From: a virus
Lineage: Duplodnaviria > Caudoviricetes
DNA length: 57,833 bases
Reading direction: 5' to 3' (one strand)
IMG/VR virus record: IMGVR_UViG_3300033145_000723
Location: 1 to 57,833 of that record
The notes beneath the pieces are model-generated. The model was not told where the DNA came from and ran no database searches. It saw only the letters and a list, made by a program, of their open reading frames with translations. Numbering within the stretch: the first letter of the stretch is position 1; the number at the start of each line of letters is the position of its first letter. Shown piece by piece: positions 35,280-43,822 of the stretch. The translations under genes were made by a program, and so were the position numbers.

Positions 35280-36667
35280 AGAAGGAATTTTACCCGCATC
35301 AAAAGAAAGCGTTTCATTATTCTATGGTTACTCGGCACCCTGCATATTTCATGGAGATGCGTCTTGGCAAAACGCTACCTTGTATTCGACGCTGCAAGCT
35401 TTACAAGCCACGTACTCCAGAACTAGGATTGCGTGCGCTTGTTGCAGCACCGAATAGCGCACTCGGTTCGTGGGAGCGCGAGTGTAAGAGTGAAGGCGTT
35501 GATATCAAATGGCTCACTGGAACAAAACGCGCGAGACAAGATGAACTGAGAGATGCAATGACCTTCAGCGAAAATCCTACTCCCACTTTTTGTTTAATGA
35601 ACAAGGAAGGTTGGATGACCATCCCAGAGATAAAGGATTGTCCATGGGATGCTGTAGTTATAGACGAGAGTACAGGAATCAAAGAGCAAAGAGCAAAGAT
35701 TACAAAGTTCTTCATGAAATATTTTCGTGGGAGTCTCCCGCACCGTTGGATTCTAACAGGAACACCGGACCCCGAAGGAGCACAAAACTATTTCTGCCAG
35801 TTGAAATTTCTGGACGGTCGTGCGTTCGGTCGAAAAGATTACTGGGGATTTCGTCAAGCGTACATGGAACCGCCGTATATTGGGCACGATTGGGTTTTTC
35901 AACCTGGAGCCGTTGACCATATCCGCAGAGAGGTGGGGAGACGCGCGTTTGTTCTTCGCCGTAAAGATGTAGACCTGGAAGAGAACAAAGTTCGTGAGCG
36001 GCGGGAGTTTGAATTTCCAACGAAACTCCGCAAGGCTTATGACAAACTCGAAAGTGAATTCGTTTTAGATTATAAGGAAACTTCAAAGAAAACTATTTGG
36101 AGCGGTGCCCGTTATCAATGGATGCGTCAAATTTGTGGCGGGTGCATTGACATGGAAATGATTTGGGATGGAAAGCTCCAAGATATTATTGAACTTCTGG
36201 AGGGGGAGTTAGCAAAGCAGCAGGTTGTGATTTGGTGCGCGTACAATCCTGAGATCAAAGCGATATATGAAACCCTCTCTGCATTAAAAATCAGTGTTGC
36301 GTATATGATCGGTGCAACAAAACCTACAGTTCGTCGCCAGATGGAAGCTGCTTTTTTGAAAGGAAAGCCACGGGTAATGATTTTGCAAGTCGCGATTGGA
36401 AACTTTGGTCTGAATTTATCATCATCAGATGTTGTCATGTACCATAGTTCACCAGTTGCACATCTCATGCGAGTCCAGACAGAAGATAGAATTGTAACGG
36501 TTCAAAAAGCAAAGGACAAACGTCCGCTCCTCTACATAGATTTTGTTGTCAAAGATTCAATTGATGAAGATGCTCTGTTACTGTTAGCAGGGAAGAAGAA
36601 AAGTTCTGACTTGAATCATTCACGCGCTTTAGCTTGTGCAATCAGAGAAAGGAAATCATGGGTATGA
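35276..36667 (+). CDS. SNF2-family helicase/ATPase
   Basis: MEMRLGKT, VVIDES, ILTGTP, QVVIWC, GNFGLNL, QTEDRI. Confidence 0.92.
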   Translation: MKKEFYPHQKKAFHYSMVTRHPAYFMEMRLGKTLPCIRRCKLYKPRTPELGLRALVAAPNSALGSWERECKSEGVDIKWLTGTKRARQDELRDAMTFSENPTPTFCLMNKEGWMTIPEIKDCPWDAVVIDESTGIKEQRAKITKFFMKYFRGSLPHRWILTGTPDPEGAQNYFCQLKFLDGRAFGRKDYWGFRQAYMEPPYIGHDWVFQPGAVDHIRREVGRRAFVLRRKDVDLEENKVRERREFEFPTKLRKAYDKLESEFVLDYKETSKKTIWSGARYQWMRQICGGCIDMEMIWDGKLQDIIELLEGELAKQQVVIWCAYNPEIKAIYETLSALKISVAYMIGATKPTVRRQMEAAFLKGKPRVMILQVAIGNFGLNLSSSDVVMYHSSPVAHLMRVQTEDRIVTVQKAKDKRPLLYIDFVVKDSIDEDALLLLAGKKKSSDLNHSRALACAIRERKSWV

Positions 36668-37170
36668 TTCGAAAGTTGTTTGTTGATCCTGGCATCAGTG
36701 GTACCGGTTGGGCATTCTTTGAGTTACCGGAAGCACCTGGACGGAAACCGATTCCTCCCTCTGCAACTGGTGTACTCGTGGGTCCAAAAGGGGAGCGGTG
36801 GGATAACCGTGTATGGTCCATCTGCAGAGCGTTTGCAGGGACTCTCGCGGCGGTCAAACCTGAAGAGGTAGTTCTGGAGATGGGTGAGCTTTGGGGAGGT
36901 AGCGCACGAAGTCACGCAAGCGTAACCCACAAATCAAAAAAAGGTGAGCCATCTGATTTACATAAGCTCATTTATTTAATCGGTGGGCTTGCATCTGAGG
37001 CGAGAGAGAAAACAAATAAGATTCCAATTCTAATTCCTGTCCAGGGGTGGAAAGGACAACTTCCGAAAGAGGTTGTTATCAAACGACTCGAATCAGCTTT
37101 CGGAAAAACCTACAAAAACCATGAAGCTGATGCTGTAGGAATGGGTCTCTCGGATCAAGGGGGGTTATAG
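36658..37170 (+). CDS. RuvC-like Holliday junction resolvase
   Basis: VDPGISGTGWA, VVLE, WKGQLPK, HEADAVGMG. Confidence 0.85.
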   Translation: MGMIRKLFVDPGISGTGWAFFELPEAPGRKPIPPSATGVLVGPKGERWDNRVWSICRAFAGTLAAVKPEEVVLEMGELWGGSARSHASVTHKSKKGEPSDLHKLIYLIGGLASEAREKTNKIPILIPVQGWKGQLPKEVVIKRLESAFGKTYKNHEADAVGMGLSDQGGL

Positions 37171-37710
37171 TTGCATGACTCTCTCACGAAATGGAGACGG
37201 TGCAAGCGTTGCGGATTATCCAAGACGCGCAAGAAAGTTGTCATGGGGAAAGGTTCCTTGCCATGTGATGTACTCTTCATCAGTGACGCGCCACACCGGT
37301 CTGATGACATGACAGGCTTACCATTTTCCGGTCCTGATGGAAGAGTTTTAAGAAGTGCTTTGAAAAGTGCTATCCTCTTAGCAAATATATCGAGTGATTA
37401 TATTACTTATTACATCACTCATTGCGTAGCTTGCCGTCCGTGTGATGATCGAACGGAACCAAATCGAGACCCGACAGGCGAAGAGATTTGGGCATGCTTC
37501 CAGAGGCTAGAGGAAGAGGCACTTTTAGCGGACCCGCAGCACGTTGTCTTTCTTGGAAAACTTGCAGAGAAAAGTTGCCGGCAATTATTTCCTGCAGGCA
37601 TTGCTCTTCAGCATCCGAGTTACGTTTATAGTCAAGGTGGTACAAATTGTGCTGCTTACACTCAGTTCATTCGGGAACTTTCGGAGGTCTTTAGAAAATG
37701 TACAAGATAA
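37171..37710 (+). CDS. Family-4 uracil-DNA glycosylase-like [4Fe-4S] protein with divergent active site
   Basis: CKRCGL, G.PFSGPDG, CRP...NRDPT..EI.AC, LGKLA, HPSY; GEAPG replaced by SDAPH and YITN by YITH. Confidence 0.88.
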   Translation: MHDSLTKWRRCKRCGLSKTRKKVVMGKGSLPCDVLFISDAPHRSDDMTGLPFSGPDGRVLRSALKSAILLANISSDYITYYITHCVACRPCDDRTEPNRDPTGEEIWACFQRLEEEALLADPQHVVFLGKLAEKSCRQLFPAGIALQHPSYVYSQGGTNCAAYTQFIRELSEVFRKCTR

Positions 37711-38576
37711 CTGATGGAGTGACGCAGAGTTTACTTTCCGCATGGGTGAACTGCAGGCAGTACGCACGGTTTTATCTCCAGGGATGGGAGCAAGACTATC
37801 CGAAACGCGCTCTCCAGCTTGGAAGTCTCATGCATAACGCTCTGGAAGGTTGGCATGGAGAAAAGAAACAAAAGCTTCCTGCAAAATTGTGGAGAGCAAA
37901 AGCATTAAAAGATGGTGATGATGCACAAGCAATTGAAAATGATATCTCTACAGTTTCTGTTCTTCTGAAAGGCTACATTGACAAGTGGCAAAAGAAAGAT
38001 AAGAAGAAGAAGTTCAAAAGGGTGGAAGGACTCTTCGATGAAAAGTGGCGTGGCTTTCGTTTGAGAGGAAAGGTTGATGGAGTTTATGAAATCGGGAAAA
38101 AACTTTGGCTCCTCGAAACGAAAACAACTTCACGAATTGATGAAGCAGCACTCAAGACCTATCTCCAGATTGATTTCCAAAGTCTCTTTTACATTCTGGC
38201 AATGGAACAGGTTCTTGATCGACCGATTGCGGGAGTGATGTACAATCTCATTCGCAAACCACAATTGAAAATGGGGAACGCTCTTCCAAAGCTTCATTGG
38301 AATCGAGTTGCGGAAGATATTGCCTCTCGCCCAGCGTTTTATTATGTCAGACTTGAAACAAGAATGACTCGCTCTCGGATTGCAATGTTTGAAATGCAAC
38401 TCCATGAAAAGTTGCGGGACTTTCGATTTTGGGCTAATGATGCTCTTCCAACCTACCGAAATGAATCTGCGTGTCGGAGTCCCTGGACTTGTCGCTATCT
38501 AAAAGCATGCGGTGATAATTGTATGACCGGTTACAAGAAGACAGGAAAACTTTTCTCTGAGCTTGAAGATGAATAA
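37698..38576 (+). CDS. PD-(D/E)xK exonuclease (RecB/Cas4-like)
   Basis: C...GSLMH, LRGKVDG, LETKTT, QSLFY, YNLIRKP, C....C.Y...C. Confidence 0.9.
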   Translation: MYKITDGVTQSLLSAWVNCRQYARFYLQGWEQDYPKRALQLGSLMHNALEGWHGEKKQKLPAKLWRAKALKDGDDAQAIENDISTVSVLLKGYIDKWQKKDKKKKFKRVEGLFDEKWRGFRLRGKVDGVYEIGKKLWLLETKTTSRIDEAALKTYLQIDFQSLFYILAMEQVLDRPIAGVMYNLIRKPQLKMGNALPKLHWNRVAEDIASRPAFYYVRLETRMTRSRIAMFEMQLHEKLRDFRFWANDALPTYRNESACRSPWTCRYLKACGDNCMTGYKKTGKLFSELEDE

Positions 38577-38685
38577 TGATGAGTTCAGTCAGTTAATTGC
38601 TGACAAAACATGTAAGATTTTTCAAGACGATTATGATTTGTACTGTTGTGGTTTACCCTCGAAATACTTTGGGAGACAAAGAAGC

Positions 38686-39167
38686 ATGGACAAGCAGATG
38701 GATGCAGATATTATATTCAAGCAGCAATCAGAGCAAACCTCTCGGCTGAAGTCGGTGACGTTTTGCGTGAACGTCTTGCACAAATGGAAACGCTGGAAAA
38801 GACTCTGGAAAAGAAAGAGAAGTCACTTGCACTTTTCAGTGAAGCTTCTGTGGAGTTACATAGGACTCTTGACGCCCATGATAAACTTGGTAAGCGAAAG
38901 GAAGTGCTTGATAGAATCGAAACGGAACTTTGCGCGAGAGAGGAGCAGGTATACAAAGCAAACCTTGCTCTGCGTGCTGACATTGCTGAGATCAAAATGG
39001 TGGAAGCTGCAAAACGTGCGGCTGATGCTCTAAGCTTCCTTACACTCGTTTTTGGAACGCCGACCATTCGCAAACATGTCGAAATGAAAAGACGGGGGGA
39101 AGGTGATGACGGTTACATGACAGACAAGGAAGAAGTAGAAAGAGATGAAACGATTGTAACTGAATAG
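38686..39167 (+). pseudogene. Coiled-coil phage protein apparently frameshifted by a 5-nt duplication (ATATT x2 at 38708-38717)
   Basis: Removing one ATATT joins MDKQMDAD to IQAAIRANLSAEVGDVLRERL...; SD GGGAG upstream of 38686. Confidence 0.65.
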
Positions 39168-39247
39168 TATTCGTCTGGGGGAGAGCATGAAGATTGGTAG
39201 GGACCAAATCTTTGCAGTTCGCTCTCACCCCAGACACTTTTGGAGGG

Positions 39248-39592
39248 ATGATGAAATCAAACTGCCCTAAAACTTGTACGGTTGGTTACACTCTTCTGTT
39301 CACTACGAATTTGAGACTCGTGAACAAACGTACAACTATCTCTGTAGCAGAAGCGGCTAAAGCTCTTGCAAAGATGACGGGAAAGATGATGAAAGCGGGT
39401 GACGTTTTCAAAAAGTTTGAAAGTTTGCTTGATGAAGAAAGGGAAAGGAGAGATGGCGAAAAAGAAAAAGAAAGTAGCGAAAAAGAAAGTGGCAAAGAAA
39501 AAGGTAGCGAAGAAAAAAGCCAAGAAGAAATCGAAAAAGAAAGTGGCGAAAAAGAAGCACCGTTCAGTAATGGATTTGTCCCTGCCGACTGA
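39248..39592 (+). CDS. Hypothetical protein overlapping the ATPase start
   Basis: SD GGAGG before MMKSNC; the C-terminus is an alternate-frame read of the Lys-rich tract. Confidence 0.45.
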   Translation: MMKSNCPKTCTVGYTLLFTTNLRLVNKRTTISVAEAAKALAKMTGKMMKAGDVFKKFESLLDEERERRDGEKEKESSEKESGKEKGSEEKSQEEIEKESGEKEAPFSNGFVPAD

Positions 39593-40424
39593 GGAGAAAA
39601 CACCAGAGGAAGATTTCTTCCTGTATGCAACTCTGATTTATGGCAGACCTGGAATCGGCAAGACTTCTTTCATTGCTGGATTCCCAGATGCAATTCTATT
39701 CTCATGTGAAAGGGTGAGCAAAGGAATCGTTGCATTTGATTTCAATACTGAAAACGGTGGTCCAGGTGTTAATACTTGGGAAGTGTTCAAGGCGGGTGTT
39801 AAGCTACTCGAAAAGTCGGATCGGTTTACAACCGTTGCGATTGATACAATCGATGCTGCATATTCTCACTGCATGGATTACGTTTGCAGAATGCGGGGGA
39901 TTGAACACCCGACCGATGAAGGTTATGGTAAAGCATGGAACGCAGTCAAGGATGAATTCTGTGGGGTCATGGATCGCTTGTGGTCAACGGGTAGAGGAAT
40001 CGTTTTCACAAGCCACGCAAAAGAGGTTCAAATCACAAGTCACTCTGGAGAGGAGTACACAAGAATCCAGCCGACCATGAGCGGTCAAGCGTATGCATTT
40101 ATCAAAGCGAAAAGCGACTTCGTTTTGTACGCTGAATATGTCAAGAATCAACAAGGGAAGTCTCAGAGGATTTTGATTACAACAGGTGATGAAGTGGTAG
40201 ACGCAAAACACGCTGGAAGTCTCCCACAATTTTTGCCCTTTAAGAAAGGAGAGGCAGGAGTCAAGGTTATTCAGGAAGCGTTCAATGGTGAAGATGTTGG
40301 TATTGCTCTCAGGGAATTTAAACCTGGAAAGAAAACGAGCAAGGCAGGTGGTAAGATGATCGCAATGGAAAAGGTGAAAGCAGTCAAGAAGGCTGCCGCC
40401 AAAAAGAAAACTGGAAGACGTTAA
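39453..40424 (+). CDS. Sak4-like / AAA_24 ATPase (single-strand annealing recombinase)
   Basis: LIYGRPGIGKTS, TVAIDTID, GYGKAW, IVFTSHAK; between exonuclease and SSB genes. Confidence 0.88.
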   Translation: MAKKKKKVAKKKVAKKKVAKKKAKKKSKKKVAKKKHRSVMDLSLPTEEKTPEEDFFLYATLIYGRPGIGKTSFIAGFPDAILFSCERVSKGIVAFDFNTENGGPGVNTWEVFKAGVKLLEKSDRFTTVAIDTIDAAYSHCMDYVCRMRGIEHPTDEGYGKAWNAVKDEFCGVMDRLWSTGRGIVFTSHAKEVQITSHSGEEYTRIQPTMSGQAYAFIKAKSDFVLYAEYVKNQQGKSQRILITTGDEVVDAKHAGSLPQFLPFKKGEAGVKVIQEAFNGEDVGIALREFKPGKKTSKAGGKMIAMEKVKAVKKAAAKKKTGRR

Positions 40425-40439
40425 CAGGAGAAAGTAACA

Positions 40440-41624
40440 ATGGCGAAAAAGAGTAAGTTTGCAGGCAAGCTAAAGAACATGGAAGGCGTTTGGGCTGATG
40501 CGCGTCCTGCTGGCGAGAGCTTGCCGGAAGGAACGTATGAACTTCAAGTCCAGAACATTGAACTGAAAGAGACGCAGAACAATGACCCGCGCGTTTCTAT
40601 CACCTATCTTGTTACGGATGGTGAATTCTCTGGAGAGATGGCCTTTGATGGATTCGTTCTGTCTGAGGAAAAGCCTTTCGGCATTCGTCTCTTTAAGGGT
40701 TGGCTGCAGAAGATGGGTTACGAAGTTCCTGAAACATTCCAAGAGATCGAAGACCTGCTTGCAGATATTGCCAAGGACAATCCTGTTGTCGTTGGTAAGG
40801 CAGTCAAGAGCGGAGACTTTACAAACATTCGTCTCCAGGAAGTTCTTGCCAAGTCGAGTGATGGTGAAGGAACTGCGGCGGGTGACGATTCGTGGGTAGG
40901 AAAATCAGTTCTCTACCAAGAGGAAGAGACTGCTTGTGAAGTAACGGTTGATGATGGTGGTGATGAAGTCACTATCACAGATGAAGCCGGAACAAATTAT
41001 GACGTTGCACGTTCCGATTGTGCTCTACAGGAAGAGGAAGAAGAAGAGGAAGAGGAAGAAGAGGAAACCGAAGAGGAAGAGGAAGAGGAAGAGGAGAGTG
41101 AAGAGGAAGAGGATGAATCCTGGAAGGACAAACAAATAACCTATCAGGAAGAAGAAGAACCGTGTACCGTTACGGTTGACGATGGTGGTGATGGTATCAC
41201 GATTCAGGATAGTGACGGAACGGATTATGAAGTTAAGCGTTCTGAATGTACTTTGGTTGAAACTGAAGAAGAAGAGGAGGAGGAAGAGGAAGAGGAAGAG
41301 GAGAGTAGTGGTGCTGCAGCACTCATTGAGTTTGCAGTTGGCTACGGTGTTGCTGAGGATGCACTGAATGATGAAATGTCCACGGAAGAAGTTGTCGCGG
41401 TACTTGACGGTTACGATTGGCCTGAAGACAAGTTCATGGAAGAAGAGGTTGCACTTCTGAAGGAGCATGGGGTCAAGATGATTAAGGCAAAGAAGAAACC
41501 CGCCGCCAAGAAACCCGCTGCAAAGAAAAAGACAACTACCAAGAAACCTGCAGCGAAAAAGAAAACCGCAACGAAGAAGAAGACAGCAACGAAAAAGAAA
41601 ACAAAGACTAAGGGCAAAAAGTAA
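40440..41624 (+). CDS. DUF669-type ssDNA-binding protein with two repeated acidic beta domains, poly-Glu tracts and a Lys-rich tail
   Basis: LPEGTYELQVQNIELKET...DGEFSG...FD.F.L; internal repeats SWVGK...CAL / SWKDK...CTL. Confidence 0.82.
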   Translation: MAKKSKFAGKLKNMEGVWADARPAGESLPEGTYELQVQNIELKETQNNDPRVSITYLVTDGEFSGEMAFDGFVLSEEKPFGIRLFKGWLQKMGYEVPETFQEIEDLLADIAKDNPVVVGKAVKSGDFTNIRLQEVLAKSSDGEGTAAGDDSWVGKSVLYQEEETACEVTVDDGGDEVTITDEAGTNYDVARSDCALQEEEEEEEEEEEETEEEEEEEEESEEEEDESWKDKQITYQEEEEPCTVTVDDGGDGITIQDSDGTDYEVKRSECTLVETEEEEEEEEEEEEESSGAAALIEFAVGYGVAEDALNDEMSTEEVVAVLDGYDWPEDKFMEEEVALLKEHGVKMIKAKKKPAAKKPAAKKKTTTKKPAAKKKTATKKKTATKKKTKTKGKK

Positions 41625-41644
41625 ATCCCTGTTCTGGTGGACGG

Positions 41645-41690
41645 GGTTGCGGGTGGGAGGTTTGGACCACGACTCCCACCCGCAATTTTC
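41645..41690 (+). terminator. Intrinsic terminator
   Basis: ttgcgggtgggag / ctcccacccgcaa 13-bp stem followed by ttttc. Confidence 0.8.
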
Positions 41691-41707
41691 TAATAGGAGG
41701 AAAGAGA

Positions 41708-41857
41708 ATGAAACACGATCAAGCAGAACCTATCAGTGGGGAAGCAACCCCAAAGAGAAAACGACACCTTTCAGATTATGCCGACTACCTTTTTTGGATG
41801 ATCGTTCCTGCTTTTTTTCTCTTTGGTTTATCTCTTCTTGTGATGCTATACAGTTAA
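41708..41857 (+). CDS. 49-aa membrane protein absent from the ORF track
   Basis: SD AGGAGG; MKHDQAEP...YLFWMIVPAFFLFGLSLLVMLYS*. Confidence 0.65.
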   Translation: MKHDQAEPISGEATPKRKRHLSDYADYLFWMIVPAFFLFGLSLLVMLYS

Positions 41858-41874
41858 CTGAGCAGGAGGTATCT

Positions 41875-43650
41875 ATGCAGTGCATCAGTTACGATACAGA
41901 GACAACTGGACTAAGCCCATACAAAGATGGGGAGATTTTTGCCTACAGCACTTGCGATTCAAATGGTGAAATCTACGTAGGAAGAACCGATGAAAAAAGT
42001 CGCGCACCAAATAAAGCAAGAAGAATCCTTCGTGAGCTTTGGGATAACGTAAAGATTGCGAAGGTCATGCACAATGCAAAATTTGATTTATCGATGACAG
42101 AGAAATACTTTGACCGCCGACTCGCTGAAGATCATCCGATTCATGACACCATGATTCAAAGTCACTTACTCCAGAACGATCATCATAATCATGCACTCAA
42201 GCAGGTGGCATGGGAACTAGCTGGAGTACCGCGAGATGATGAAGAAGCAATTAAACCGTATACAACTGGAGAGTTTGAAAACTACAGCACCGTTCCAAAT
42301 CGTTTGATGCGTGAGTACCAAAAACGTGACGCTGAAAGAACGATGCTTTTACATATGTTTTTCTATCCAAAGATCAAAGCGAATGCCGGTCTCCTGGATA
42401 CGTATGAAACTGAGATGGAATTGATTCGTACTACTCTGCGTATGGAAGGACGTGGAGTAATGGTCCACCGGGGGAACTGTATTAAGCTCAGAGAAAAACT
42501 CAAGGTTGATTGTGAAATTGTCCTTCAGGAATGTGAGCAACTTCTTGGAGAGAGGATCAATCTTGGAAATGACAATCGAATTCGAGCACTCCTTTACCAC
42601 GAATTGAATATGCCCAGACTAAAACTCACTCCGAAAGGTACTGGGGTAAGTGTAGCAAAAGAAGTGTTGATGGAACTGAGGGAACTGAAACCGCACCCTA
42701 TTATCAATATGATTTTGAAGTACAAGTCATGGAGAAGAGGAATCACAATTCTCAATGGCTACCTGGAGCTATGCGGTGAAGATGGTATTGTACACCCCCA
42801 GTTAAAAACATGCGGTGCAAAATCTGGGAGAGAGTCTTGCCGTAAACCTAACCTTCAGAACGTGGCGAAGGAAGAAGTTTTACTGAACCCCTATCCTATC
42901 GCTGCACGAAAAGCCTTTAGACCCAAACCTGGATTTGTGAATCTTCACTTTGACTATAAAGGGATTCAATTCAAGCTTGCCGTTTGGCTCACTGGTGACG
43001 AGAATCTTTTTGCGATGGTGAGGAAAGGAATTGATCTGCATGTTGTCGGTGCTGAAATCCTTTGCGGTAATCGCTGGATCAAAGCAACGAAGGATCAAAA
43101 GAAAATTCTGAGGAGTGCCTGTAAGAACGCGAACTTCGCAAAGATGTTTGGAGCGGGTCTCGCAAAGGTGAGTGCCACCCTTGGCTTTAGTGTTACCGCT
43201 GCAATCTTCCGCGCGTACAATCAAGTCTTTGGTAGTTTGGATGTGAGTGCCAAGAAAATCATTAGAGCCGCGAAAGAAGATGGGTACATCACAACGATTC
43301 TCGGAAGGCGTTTGCGGATTCCATCTTCGAAAGCGTACATCGCAACGAACTATATGATGCAAGGATCGGAAGCAGATATTCTCAAGAGAGCACAAAACAG
43401 AGTCCACCATTTTCTTGAGAAAGCTACTGGAGGGGAAGCGGGTTTGATTCTTCCAGTGCATGATGAAATTATTATTGAGTACCCCCGCAACCGTTTGGGA
43501 GACGTGGATGAAATTGTCACTGAGATCAAAAGATTGATGTCAGATTTTCCTCAGGTGGGAATTCCACTTGATGTAGATGTTGAGGTTACAACATTGAATT
43601 GGGCAAGCAAAAAGAAGTACAGAAAGGAGAGCTTCCACCATGCCGCTTAG
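41875..43650 (+). CDS. polA: Family A DNA polymerase with 3'-5' exonuclease; start MQCIS
   Basis: YDTETTG, HNAKFD, YQKRD (exo); PNLQN, FDYKGIQ, RSACKNANF, NYMMQGSEAD, VHDE (pol). Confidence 0.95.
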   Translation: MQCISYDTETTGLSPYKDGEIFAYSTCDSNGEIYVGRTDEKSRAPNKARRILRELWDNVKIAKVMHNAKFDLSMTEKYFDRRLAEDHPIHDTMIQSHLLQNDHHNHALKQVAWELAGVPRDDEEAIKPYTTGEFENYSTVPNRLMREYQKRDAERTMLLHMFFYPKIKANAGLLDTYETEMELIRTTLRMEGRGVMVHRGNCIKLREKLKVDCEIVLQECEQLLGERINLGNDNRIRALLYHELNMPRLKLTPKGTGVSVAKEVLMELRELKPHPIINMILKYKSWRRGITILNGYLELCGEDGIVHPQLKTCGAKSGRESCRKPNLQNVAKEEVLLNPYPIAARKAFRPKPGFVNLHFDYKGIQFKLAVWLTGDENLFAMVRKGIDLHVVGAEILCGNRWIKATKDQKKILRSACKNANFAKMFGAGLAKVSATLGFSVTAAIFRAYNQVFGSLDVSAKKIIRAAKEDGYITTILGRRLRIPSSKAYIATNYMMQGSEADILKRAQNRVHHFLEKATGGEAGLILPVHDEIIIEYPRNRLGDVDEIVTEIKRLMSDFPQVGIPLDVDVEVTTLNWASKKKYRKESFHHAA

Positions 43651-43822
43651 TCTTGAACGTCATCCTGATATTGTCGATGAAATTTGTCGTCTGTCAGGGA
43701 TTAACGAAAGAAGAAATCCGAGTACAACTCTCACGAAAAAAGAAGCGCAACAAGTTCTAGCACATATTCGTGCAATGCATGAATTGGTAGGGGAGGGAAG
43801 CAATGAGCAAGGTGGTCAATGA
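43640..43822 (+). CDS. Small hypothetical protein
   Basis: 60 aa with SD, overlapping polymerase and primase genes. Confidence 0.6.
   Translation: MPLSLERHPDIVDEICRLSGINERRNPSTTLTKKEAQQVLAHIRAMHELVGEGSNEQGGQ

Noticed and set aside
37698-38576. Cas4 / CRISPR system
   Set aside because: No cas1/cas2 and no repeat-spacer array; the context is the exonuclease-Sak4-SSB recombination module.
41029-41302. GAA/GAG microsatellite-like tracts
   Set aside because: They encode the poly-Glu linkers of the SSB with mixed codons.
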